Part shown: piece by piece, positions 18,698-28,964 of the stretch | Numbering within the stretch: the first letter of the stretch is position 1 | How the letters are laid out: the number at the start of each line of letters is the position of its first letter | Origin: Patescibacteria group bacterium | Lineage (GTDB): Bacteria; Patescibacteriota; Patescibacteriia; SG8-24; DYFX01 | Assembly (NCBI GenBank): GCA_038062835.1 | Contig: JBBTWH010000005.1 | Span: forward strand, 20,699 to 84,698 | Reading direction: 5' to 3' | DNA: 64,000 nt | Notes under the pieces: model-generated | Told to the model about the DNA's origin: nothing | What the model saw: the letters and a program-made list of their open reading frames with translations, nothing else | Databases searched by the model: none | Made by a program: the position numbers and the translations under genes

Positions 18698-20011
18698 ATG
18701 CGGAAGATCGCGATCTACGCGCTGTTCGTCGCGAACCTGGCCTTCATCATCGGGTCCTGGTGGGTCTCTTCAGGCGACCTCGTCGCCGCTGAGCCTGCGG
18801 GGACCCTTTTGGCGTTCGGGCGGCTTGCCGGCCTCTTAGCCGTCTTCTTCGTGCTCATGCAGTTCGTCCTCATCGGCCGAGCCGCATGGATCGAACGAGT
18901 CTTCGGTCTCGACAAACTCTCACGCGTCCACCGACTGAACGGCTACGCCGCCCTCGGGTTCGTCCTCCTGCACGCTTCGCTCATCGTCGCGTCGTACTCG
19001 ATGTACGCGAAGGTCGGCTTCTTCCGGGAGTACGCGAATCTCATCGCGAGCGAGGACGCCCTGCTTGGCGCCGCCGCCGCCGTATGGCTGCTCGTCTTCA
19101 TCGTCTTCCTGTCGATCGCCATCGTCCGACGCAGGATGAAATACGAGACCTGGCGTTTCGTGCACCTCTTCACCTACCTCGCCGTCGTCCTGGCGTTCGA
19201 GCATCAGATGAAGCTCGGCCATGACCTGACGGACCGCCGCTTCGCCGCCTACTGGACGCTGCTGTACGCCTTCGTCTTCGGCAACCTGGCCATCTTCCGC
19301 TTCCTGCGCCCGCTCTGGAACCTGTGGAGGTTCCGCTTCAAGGTCGCGGCCGTCGTTCCGGAAACCGCCGACACCTCGTCCGTCTATATCGAAGGTGCCC
19401 GCATGGAGAAATTCCGGGTCAAGCCTGGACAATTCTTCATCTTGCGATTCCTAGCGAAGGGGTTCTGGCGGCAAGCGCATCCATTCTCGCTCTCATACGT
19501 GCCGAAGGACGGCCGCCTGCGCGTCACCATCAAGGCCTGCGGAGATTTCACGAGTACGATTCCATCGCTGCCAGTCGGCGCGCCCGTGCTGATCGACGGA
19601 CCGCACGGCGTCTTCACCGCCGAACCGAAGCCCGGAGCGAAGCTGCTGTTCATCGCCGGAGGAGTCGGCATCACGCCCATCCGCGCGATCATCGAACAGC
19701 ATGCGCCGACCGGCGACATCGCGCTGATCTACGGCAACCGGGATACGAGCGGCATCATCTTCAAGCAGGAGCTCGACGAACTGTCCGCGCGGCACCCGTT
19801 CCCCATCCATCACGTGATGAGCGCTGACCCCGTCTTTGCCGGTGAGAAAGGGTACATCGACAAGGAGCGCGTCCTTCGCCTCGTGCCAGACGTCATGGAA
19901 CGAGAGGTCTTCCTGTGCGGCCCGCCCGTCATGATGAGGGGCGTGCGCAAGGCCCTGCGAGAGGCGGGCATGAAAACGGCACGCGTCCGTTACGAGGAAT
20001 TCGCGCTGTAA
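18698..20011 (+). CDS. Ferric reductase-like transmembrane oxidoreductase with FAD/NAD(P)H-binding domain
   Basis: TM domain with paired His (HRLNG..LH; VHL..FEH), HPFSLS, AGGVGITP, CGPPVM, C-terminal EEF. Confidence 0.88.
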   Translation: MRKIAIYALFVANLAFIIGSWWVSSGDLVAAEPAGTLLAFGRLAGLLAVFFVLMQFVLIGRAAWIERVFGLDKLSRVHRLNGYAALGFVLLHASLIVASYSMYAKVGFFREYANLIASEDALLGAAAAVWLLVFIVFLSIAIVRRRMKYETWRFVHLFTYLAVVLAFEHQMKLGHDLTDRRFAAYWTLLYAFVFGNLAIFRFLRPLWNLWRFRFKVAAVVPETADTSSVYIEGARMEKFRVKPGQFFILRFLAKGFWRQAHPFSLSYVPKDGRLRVTIKACGDFTSTIPSLPVGAPVLIDGPHGVFTAEPKPGAKLLFIAGGVGITPIRAIIEQHAPTGDIALIYGNRDTSGIIFKQELDELSARHPFPIHHVMSADPVFAGEKGYIDKERVLRLVPDVMEREVFLCGPPVMMRGVRKALREAGMKTARVRYEEFAL

Positions 20012-20058
20012 GTGATTCAGGAAAAGAAAAGGCCCCGCTTGAGAAGGCAGGGCTTCGT

Positions 20059-20334
20059 TCATCCGAACTGCTGGACGACCTGCGTCCAATAAGCCGCGTA
20101 GATCTCCATCGTGCGACGGAGCGACTTATCCTTGTAGCCGACGGCGGCGCGCACGGTCTTGCGCATCTTCTTGACCTCGCCGACCACGCGCGAGTCGGGA
20201 TGACACTCGAGGGAGTCGAGCATCGTCTGCGCCCGGTTGAAGGCGGCCCGCGCGGTCGCGTGACACTTCGCCGTCGTGAGCGTGCGGAACGCCTCTTGGA
20301 AAAGACTCGCTATCTGTCGGATTTCATCTTCCAT
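20059..20334 (-). CDS. Hypothetical protein (paralog of adjacent ORF)
   Basis: 91-aa ORF overlapping the upstream stop; shared residue pattern with 20324-20689. Confidence 0.6.
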   Translation of the reverse strand: MEDEIRQIASLFQEAFRTLTTAKCHATARAAFNRAQTMLDSLECHPDSRVVGEVKKMRKTVRAAVGYKDKSLRRTMEIYAAYWTQVVQQFG

Positions 20335-20689
20335 GTCTTCCCCATTTGTTCAGGCCATACCTTCCCAGCTCGTAGCCGAGCTCATAGTGCTTAGCGGCAT
20401 CGATGGGATGGGTGCGTTCAAAGAACCCGTCCTCGAACCCGCTCCAGAACTTGACCAAGAAGCTCAGGACGACTTCCCACTTCTTCTGCCTCCGGCAGAA
20501 GCGTTCGGAAAAATCGCAGGCGGCGCGGACGCGCTTCTCTTCATCTTCATCGACGGCGTGGTCCGAGAGACGCCGCGCAGCTTTTTCGGCCAGCGCGAGA
20601 TATGCGCGGGTCGTGATAAGGCAGTCGGACTTGAACCCACGCGCCGCCTCCCAGATGAGTCCGTGGAGGTCCTCGAGCGCTTCTTCCAT
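20324..20689 (-). CDS. Hypothetical protein
   Basis: AAAGGAGG RBS before ATG at 20689. Confidence 0.65.
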   Translation of the reverse strand: MEEALEDLHGLIWEAARGFKSDCLITTRAYLALAEKAARRLSDHAVDEDEEKRVRAACDFSERFCRRQKKWEVVLSFLVKFWSGFEDGFFERTHPIDAAKHYELGYELGRYGLNKWGRHGR

Positions 20690-20822
20690 ACGACCTCCTT
20701 TCGAAAGGGCTGTATACATGATGGATACCAGGAAACGGGGCTGAAGTCAATCACCCGAACGCCTCCAATCTTCGATGACGCCGTCACCGATGCGCGGCAG
20801 TTCCGACCGGCTCCTCACGAGC

Positions 20823-20862
20823 TTGACACGCCCCATTAGCACTCTTATTATGAGAGTGCTAA
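20823..20862 (+). promoter_or_regulatory. Sigma70 promoter overlapped by a perfect CIRCE operator (HrcA)
   Basis: TTGACA-N17-TATTAT; TTAGCACTC-N9-GAGTGCTAA at 20836-20862. Confidence 0.95.
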
Positions 20863-20874
20863 TCGTATTTTGTT

Positions 20875-23493
<2,619 letters not shown>

Positions 23494-23498
23494 TACCA

Positions 23499-23572
23499 CC
23501 CCGGCGGAGGCCGGGGCCCAGCGCTCAACGTCGTCATCCACCCGATTGTCATTCCCGCGCAGGCGGGAATCC
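23499..23572. repeat. Two REP-like palindromes
   Basis: CCCCGGC-GGAG-GCCGGGG and GTCATTCCCGCGCAGGCGGGAATCC. Confidence 0.7.
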
Positions 23573-23584
23573 GGAACCGGACGA

Positions 23585-23618
23585 ACACAAAAGAAGGCCT
23601 CACGGCCTTCTTTTGTGT
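23585..23618. terminator. Bidirectional intrinsic terminator
   Basis: Perfect 15-bp stem ACACAAAAGAAGGCC/GGCCTTCTTTTGTGT between convergent genes. Confidence 0.85.
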
Positions 23619-23623
23619 AACGA

Positions 23624-24400
23624 TTACGGTCGAGTGGATTCTCCTAATAGTGGGAAGGCGTAGCGCGCATCTTTTTCAGTGGCGGCTGAAATTCCCACGG
23701 GCGGCCTTGCGAACGAGCCCGCAAATTTTGCGATAGAGACACGGCCAAGGAAGACGGCGACGATGTTCACGCAGGTCAGAAGGTTATTACGCCTCCCCGT
23801 ATCCGTTTTTACGTTGTAACCGAGCGTGTGGTATTTCACGTCTTCATTCCAAGCCAAGGCATCAAGATAGTGCAAGAAGGCTTCTAGGGGCATCCCGTAG
23901 GCGCTGGGGACTGTCTTTGAAATTTCATCGACGACTTCCTGCGGCGGTTCATACCTCCAAATTCCACTCGCGACTTCCTTGTGGTCGAGTACATAGGCGG
24001 ATCTGAACAGCAGACTACCGAGCAACTCCAAAGTCATTTCATCCTCTCTTCCGATTTTCTGAAGCTCTTCGAACACGTCGCGGAACGATGCGGGCGTTCC
24101 CACAATGGCCCCCTTTTGCTCAAGACAAGGGAGCATGTCGTTGGGGTTATTCCCGATGTGCCCATCCTTATACTTGCATCTGTCGTAATCTGGCGCAGCC
24201 TCCTTGCCGGGTTTTCCAAGCAAAATCCTATTATCACCTTTGGTCCAAACGGGTTGATAGGACTTTGCTTCTTGTGATGTGCCTGTCGGCCAAGAAATCG
24301 CCTCTTCAACCATGGCCAAGCGGACGAGCCCGCTGCGCTTCTTATCAATCTTGCCGGTTTCCAACAGTTGAGCAAGCCTATTTTCGCGTGCATCAGTCAT
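23624..24400 (-). CDS. Putative type II restriction endonuclease
   Basis: 258-aa lower-GC ORF divergent from a C5-MTase, with Vsr nearby; assigned by context only. Confidence 0.55.
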   Translation of the reverse strand: MTDARENRLAQLLETGKIDKKRSGLVRLAMVEEAISWPTGTSQEAKSYQPVWTKGDNRILLGKPGKEAAPDYDRCKYKDGHIGNNPNDMLPCLEQKGAIVGTPASFRDVFEELQKIGREDEMTLELLGSLLFRSAYVLDHKEVASGIWRYEPPQEVVDEISKTVPSAYGMPLEAFLHYLDALAWNEDVKYHTLGYNVKTDTGRRNNLLTCVNIVAVFLGRVSIAKFAGSFARPPVGISAATEKDARYAFPLLGESTRP

Positions 24401-24517
24401 GTTTGTATGGTAACTTGATCTTCCTGTCCGTGTGGGATATATTATCAACAGGCCCGTTTTGACACGTTCGCCTGCAGTCATACTACCATTCTCACACCAT
24501 TGCAATATCAACTCTAT

Positions 24518-26260
24518 ATGGCAAAGCAATTGAGGGCAATCGACTTCTTCTGCGGTGCGGGCGGTTGGTCCGAAGGGCTCAGGCAACAGGGAATCAAGGT
24601 CGTGATGGGCATCGACAACTGGCGCCCGGCCGTCGAGACCCACAACATCAACCACGGCCTCAACGACGTCGTCGGTGACGTCTTGTCGTTGGAGGGCGAT
24701 GTCGATGCGACTATCGAGAAGCTTCCTGATACCGAAATTATCGTCGGCAGCCCGCCGTGCATCTCTTTCTCGATGTCGAACAAAGCAGGTAAAGCTGACA
24801 AGTCACTCGGTATCCGCCTAATCGAGGCCTACTTGCGCTTCGTCGCCGTGAAGAAGCACAAGAAACGTTCCATTCTGCAAGCTTGGTACATGGAGAATGT
24901 CCCGAACTCCAGGAATTTCGTGCAGAAGACGTACACGTTTGCTGATTTGAATCTTTCAGCTTGGGCCAAGAAGAACGGCAAGAATCCGAAGGCTGTCGCA
25001 CTGAACGTCCAGGACAACGGCGGGATTCTCTGCGCGGCGGACTATGGATCACCCCAGAGTCGTGAACGTTTCGTTTGTGGCGAAATGACAAAGCGCAACG
25101 GTTCCGTAAAGGTCGGTGAATTCTTGGCTCCGAAAGTGACCAACGCGAACAGCCGCGTAACGTTGGAGGACATCAAGGGAAAGATGCCGAAGCCGACGGA
25201 GAAGCCTGGGAACAAGGCTTGGGCAGATCCGAACTACCCGAATTTGAAATTGAAGGTCCAAGACATCACGGATCATTTCTACGACCCCGGTGTCTACCGT
25301 TCCGAATGGGAAAGCGCGAAAGCCGCCAAGGTGAATCACCCGTTCATGGGCAGAATGTCCTTCCCAGAGGACCGGAAGCGGCCGAGTCGGACGATTATGG
25401 CAACAAGGTCTGGAAGCACGCGCGAGGCCATCATCTACCCTTCCGAATGGGGTCATGTCGGCGACGGTCAGTATCGCCTCCCCACGATTCGTGAGGCGGC
25501 TTCCCTGATGGGTTTCCCTATCACCTACCAGTTCACGGGTGGTGAAGGATCTAAATGGCGGCAAATCGGCAATGCCGTCTGCCCGCACATGAGCGCCGCT
25601 ATCGGCGCGGCTCTCCGAAAGGCATTCGGCATGCGGCCGATTCCGGTCGCAAAAATCATGTTTGACGCCAAGCACGTGAAGGATGAGCGTATCCTGAATC
25701 TCAATACTTTTGCGCCGCGTTCCTACGACAAGCCGCCTCTTAGAAAGGCTGGGGCGAAGTTCCGACGTCAGCCATTCAAGTCTGGCAACATGACCGTAGC
25801 CCTGATGAATTTCGATCCTAGGGTGAGCATCGGTGCGGCTGTAGCCTCAGATTGGCGCGCTGTCGTCTTCGTGGGTGCCGGGAAAGTGTATGATACGGTC
25901 GAGCTGGGCCTTGATGACCTCCGGGTGCTAGAAACGAGCCTGGCCTCCCGAAAAGAAGGTCGCACATTCATTGCCGAGTTTGAGAAGAAGTTCGATGGTA
26001 AAGTCGCTCCTACCGCCGAGCTCCAAACCATCTTCGAAACGAACCAGCCTGGCACGAAGGCGCTCGCGCCCTCCGAACTCGTTCAGGCGGTTGCAGATCT
26101 CGCTGAGAAGGTCGGTAGCGGTCCTGCTCCGGTCACCAATCCCATCATGACGAGGGTCCGGAAGGCAGAAGTGCCCCATCAGCAACTGCTTGCCATGTAC
26201 GCCCTTGCGCGCATCTCAGCAGAAATCAAGCGCGCCGCGGCCGTTCCGGAGCCGGCTTGA
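24518..26260 (+). CDS. DNA (cytosine-5)-methyltransferase with C-terminal extension
   Basis: DFFCGAGG (I), GSPPC (IV), ENV (VI), QSRER (VIII), IGNAV (X). Confidence 0.95.
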   Translation: MAKQLRAIDFFCGAGGWSEGLRQQGIKVVMGIDNWRPAVETHNINHGLNDVVGDVLSLEGDVDATIEKLPDTEIIVGSPPCISFSMSNKAGKADKSLGIRLIEAYLRFVAVKKHKKRSILQAWYMENVPNSRNFVQKTYTFADLNLSAWAKKNGKNPKAVALNVQDNGGILCAADYGSPQSRERFVCGEMTKRNGSVKVGEFLAPKVTNANSRVTLEDIKGKMPKPTEKPGNKAWADPNYPNLKLKVQDITDHFYDPGVYRSEWESAKAAKVNHPFMGRMSFPEDRKRPSRTIMATRSGSTREAIIYPSEWGHVGDGQYRLPTIREAASLMGFPITYQFTGGEGSKWRQIGNAVCPHMSAAIGAALRKAFGMRPIPVAKIMFDAKHVKDERILNLNTFAPRSYDKPPLRKAGAKFRRQPFKSGNMTVALMNFDPRVSIGAAVASDWRAVVFVGAGKVYDTVELGLDDLRVLETSLASRKEGRTFIAEFEKKFDGKVAPTAELQTIFETNQPGTKALAPSELVQAVADLAEKVGSGPAPVTNPIMTRVRKAEVPHQQLLAMYALARISAEIKRAAAVPEPA

Positions 26261-26672
26261 TTCCAGAAAGTGTCAGGAAGTTGAATATCTTGCCGGTCAC
26301 CTTTAGGCGATCGGTTTTGATTTCATGTTCCCAAACGCGTATATATTTCCAACCGAGCCTCCGCAGCTTCGCAAAATTACGACGGTCCCGGCGTCGGTTT
26401 CTCTCGATCTTATCTCGCCAGAACTTCTGACGAAGCTTGTGCCTCCAGGCCGGGTAGCGATACCCGTGCCAGAAATCGCCGTCTACGAAAATCGCGAGCT
26501 TTCGGCTCGGAATGGCGAGGTCGGGTGAGCCAGGCGCTTTCTTGTAGTGTTTCTGAAAGTGCACCTTACGCCTCCGCAACTCACGAAAAACAAATATCTC
26601 AAGGCTCGTGTTCTTACCGCGCACCCGCGACATGATGCGGCTACGGATTTCTTTGGAGAACTTGTCGGGCAT
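26226..26672 (-). CDS. vsr: Very short patch repair endonuclease
   Basis: RSRIMSRVRGKNT, PGSPD, FVDGDFWHG, FW..KIERN..RD, VWEHE. Confidence 0.95.
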   Translation of the reverse strand: MPDKFSKEIRSRIMSRVRGKNTSLEIFVFRELRRRKVHFQKHYKKAPGSPDLAIPSRKLAIFVDGDFWHGYRYPAWRHKLRQKFWRDKIERNRRRDRRNFAKLRRLGWKYIRVWEHEIKTDRLKVTGKIFNFLTLSGIKPAPERPRRA

Positions 26673-26767
26673 ACGCCTCGATACTGTAACAAATCGCAGA
26701 CTCCCGCGTCTTTATCATTGGAGGTTGCTCCACCAAAATATATTTCCCTATGTCCCACCACAACGAT

Positions 26768-26962
26768 GCGCCCGGCATGAAAGGTTACCGCTCTCGTAAC
26801 GATGATGGCCAGCTGCGCGACAAGCGCGACGACACCCACATGGGCACGATCGAAAAGCAATATAACCGTGATTTCGACGTCCGATCTGACATGGAACTCG
26901 GAAATTTCCTCAAGCGCGAGGGGTTTAAGTCGCTAAATGACCTGCTCCGCAACGAGCGCTAA
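26768..26962 (+). CDS. Small hypothetical protein
   Basis: Charged 64-aa ORF with internally echoed KRDD..MG / RSDM.LG; start uncertain (26750 or 26768). Confidence 0.6.
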   Translation, partial: APGMKGYRSRNDDGQLRDKRDDTHMGTIEKQYNRDFDVRSDMELGNFLKREGFKSLNDLLRNER

Positions 26963-27372
26963 TACAACCACTCTTCTACCCCGCCGTGATGGGAACAGGT
27001 GCCTCGGCGGTTCTGACTGAAGCTGTAGGTACCATCACGACATCGGGCCGAGGCGCCTGCAGGGCTTGAAGGTGCGTAATATGGGCTTGGTACCTCGTTG
27101 CCATCGACATTCGTGTACGTGCCGCTTGGCGCGTAGTCCGTAGTTGGCTCTTGCGTCTCAGGGGCCCATTTTATCGGTGTGTCGTCCTTCGCCGGTGCGA
27201 TTTCAGATACCTCTTCTACTGGTTTGATGGCTGGTTCAAGTTGAAACTGTGGCTGGACAATTGGTGCGGGCACCGGTGTCGAACTGGGACTCGGAACGTC
27301 AGCAACGCAACCTTGGCCAACAAGCGCCAGTGTTGCGAATAAAAAAGCTGTTTTTCTCCAAAAGCAAGGCAT
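26959..27372 (-). CDS. DUF3761-domain lipoprotein-like protein
   Basis: GQGC lipobox-like motif; C-terminal ASARCRDGTYSFSQNRRGTCSHHGGV. Confidence 0.85.
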   Translation of the reverse strand: MPCFWRKTAFLFATLALVGQGCVADVPSPSSTPVPAPIVQPQFQLEPAIKPVEEVSEIAPAKDDTPIKWAPETQEPTTDYAPSGTYTNVDGNEVPSPYYAPSSPAGASARCRDGTYSFSQNRRGTCSHHGGVEEWLY

Positions 27373-27575
27373 CAAAGTAGACGTCTTAGCGCAAATCCAA
27401 GAATACGGCGCGAGATATTTTTTGGATTACGTATGATTCCAATGAGTATTACGAGTGGAAGAATGGGTCCCAGAATCTCCCAAACAATTTTACGTGCCTC
27501 AAACCTGGCCCCTAACATTTGTGGAATGAGTGTCCATAGCATTTCTTGTGCCTGTCGCGAATCGAATTCAATCAT
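27372..27575 (-). CDS. Small membrane protein
   Basis: 67 aa, one TM; stop overlaps the start of the next gene. Confidence 0.5.
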   Translation of the reverse strand: MIEFDSRQAQEMLWTLIPQMLGARFEARKIVWEILGPILPLVILIGIIRNPKNISRRILGFALRRLL

Positions 27576-27588
27576 AGGGTTACAAAAA

Positions 27589-28296
27589 CTATAACACGAA
27601 CCCCAGCAACTCCAACTTTGAAACCGCCTTGATTTCGGTCGTCTCCGCTGTTCCCACCGCATCACTCGCCCTCAGGGTTTCCCCTCCCACCTCCACCTCC
27701 CCACTTACAATTTGAACCCACCCCGCCTTCCCCGTCGGCACCTCGATCGTCGCCGTCTCCCCTGCTTTGAGGCGGTAGAGGCGGATTTCGATGTCTTGGT
27801 GGATGGTCAAACTTCCGTCGCGGCCGTCGAGGGATGCGATGAGGAGTCCGGAACTAACAGATCCCTCGGCTGCGCTCGGGATGACAAGGGACTCATAGCT
27901 CGGGGTGAGACCCTTTTCCTTCGGCAAAATCCAAATCTGGTAGAGGTGGGTCTCTTCGGTTTGGGTGGCACTGACTTCCATGTGCTGGACGCCGGTGCCG
28001 GCGGTCATGCGTTGGAATTCGCCGGCGCGGATGACTTCGTTGTTGCCCATCGTGTCGACGTGCCGCAGGGCGCCGCTCATGACGTAGGTCAGGATCTCCA
28101 TGTCGCGGTGGCCGTGCAGGTCGAATCCCTTCCCCGGCGCGATGAAGTCCTCGTTGATGACGCGGAGGCTCTTGAAGCCCATCCAGGCTTCATCGTGATA
28201 ATCCGCGAACGAGAATGTATGCCAAGTCCGAAGCCACCCATGATCGGCATGCCCCCGTTCCCCCGCCCTCCTGATAACCATTTTCTTTTGATCCAT
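27589..28296 (-). CDS. Pirin family protein (YhhW-like)
   Basis: GWL..WHTFSFADY, HGHRDMEI, MTAGTGVQH, YQIWI; GGAGGAGG RBS. Confidence 0.93.
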   Translation of the reverse strand: MDQKKMVIRRAGERGHADHGWLRTWHTFSFADYHDEAWMGFKSLRVINEDFIAPGKGFDLHGHRDMEILTYVMSGALRHVDTMGNNEVIRAGEFQRMTAGTGVQHMEVSATQTEETHLYQIWILPKEKGLTPSYESLVIPSAAEGSVSSGLLIASLDGRDGSLTIHQDIEIRLYRLKAGETATIEVPTGKAGWVQIVSGEVEVGGETLRASDAVGTAETTEIKAVSKLELLGFVL

Positions 28297-28313
28297 ACCC
28301 TCCTCCAACATTG

Positions 28314-28400
28314 GGGGCCGGGCGCGTCCGTTCGCGCAGCGTCCGTTCTAAAAGTGACATACCTACCTCCCGGCGCCAGCGAACGGACGCGCCCGGCCCC
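28314..28400 (-). repeat. Hairpin element family B, copy 2
   Basis: Perfect 22-bp inverted arms; core nearly identical to reverse complement of the 9153-9240 core. Confidence 0.8.
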
Positions 28401-28448
28401 GATTATAACCGCCCTCCTACGATATCACTCTGCCATACCGTATGGCGA

Positions 28449-28626
28449 ACAGGGCAAGACCCGCAATTGTTTGACACAAAAAATAGAGGACTGGTGTCCT
28501 CTACTCACAATGGCCTTCGGGCTCCGAGATTCCTTCGCCGCCAGCTCGGGAATCGCATTCATTCAATTGTCCCTGTAACGGGGATCCGAGGACCCTTCAG
28601 CAATGGCGCTGAGGGGTCCGTTTTTC
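28449..28626 (+). ncRNA. Candidate structured ncRNA 1 with terminator
   Basis: ACAGGG/CCCTGT closing helix, internal hairpins including C(UUCG)G, then a 12-bp hairpin + T-run (28590-28626). Confidence 0.35.
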
Positions 28627-28628
28627 GC

Positions 28629-28657
28629 TTGACACGGATGGGAAGGTTGATTATGAT
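28629..28657 (+). promoter_or_regulatory. Near-consensus sigma70 promoter for candidate ncRNA 2
   Basis: TTGACA-N17-TATGAT. Confidence 0.75.
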
Positions 28658-28662
28658 GTACC

Positions 28663-28814
28663 CATCACGACGAAAGGGGTTCGCAAAGGGTTCCGTCCCG
28701 CGCGGAGCCTCTTTCTTTTCCAGCGCCTTTCCAGTTTCTTACAGTAATCGCTGACGAACGCCCGATGGCGAACGGGTCAAGCAAAGCAAAAACTCCCCGG
28801 AAAGGGAGTTTTTG
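28663..28814 (+). ncRNA. Candidate structured ncRNA 2 (~150 nt)
   Basis: Bounded by promoter and terminator, no credible ORF inside, nested helices. Confidence 0.45.
28787..28814. terminator. Bidirectional intrinsic terminator
   Basis: CAAAAACTCCC-CGGAAA-GGGAGTTTTTG. Confidence 0.85.
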
Positions 28815-28850
28815 TGCGTTCCGTAGGTGGTCCGTTTGCGCGGCTTGACC
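28788..28850 (-). ncRNA. Candidate ~63-nt sRNA complementary to the upstream tRNA-like RNA
   Basis: Own promoter (28856-28885) and terminator; 5' 30 nt complementary to the tRNA-like anticodon arm, D-arm and leader. Confidence 0.6.
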
Positions 28851-28855
28851 TGGTC

Positions 28856-28885
28856 AATATACACGGACTCAGACATATGTGTCAA
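28856..28885 (-). promoter_or_regulatory. Sigma70 promoter for the anti-tRNA sRNA
   Basis: TTGACA-N18-TATATT on the minus strand, predicted +1 at about 28850. Confidence 0.7.
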
Positions 28886-28892
28886 CACCCCG

Positions 28893-28964
28893 TGGTGGAG
28901 AGGAGGGGTATCGAACCCCCGGAGCGCGATGTCAAGCCGCACTTGTGGACCATCCACCCTCCCC
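28893..28964 (-). tRNA. Non-canonical 72-nt tRNA-like gene (G3:U70, A73, encoded CCA; anticodon UGA or, in the alternative register, GAC)
   Basis: GGGGAGG/CCTCTCC acceptor stem, GTGGA/TCCAC D-stem, GTGCGG-CTTGACA-TCGCGC, 3-nt variable loop, GGGGG-TTCGATA-CCCCT, ACCA. Confidence 0.8.

Noticed and set aside
28665-28700. GAAAGGGGTTCGCAAAG resembling a c-di-GMP-I riboswitch
   Set aside because: Lacks the upstream GGCAAAC and the P2 stem around GAAA, and there is no downstream gene
28311-28754. 147-aa, 75-aa and other ORFs across the RNA locus
   Set aside because: They run through palindromes, promoters and terminators and have no recognisable protein features
28893-28964. tmRNA, tRNA-Pyl or tRNA-Sec identity for the tRNA-like gene
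   Set aside because: The acceptor stem closes within 72 nt with no tag reading frame; the anticodon is not CUA or UCA; no long variable arm; no pyl/sel genes in the window
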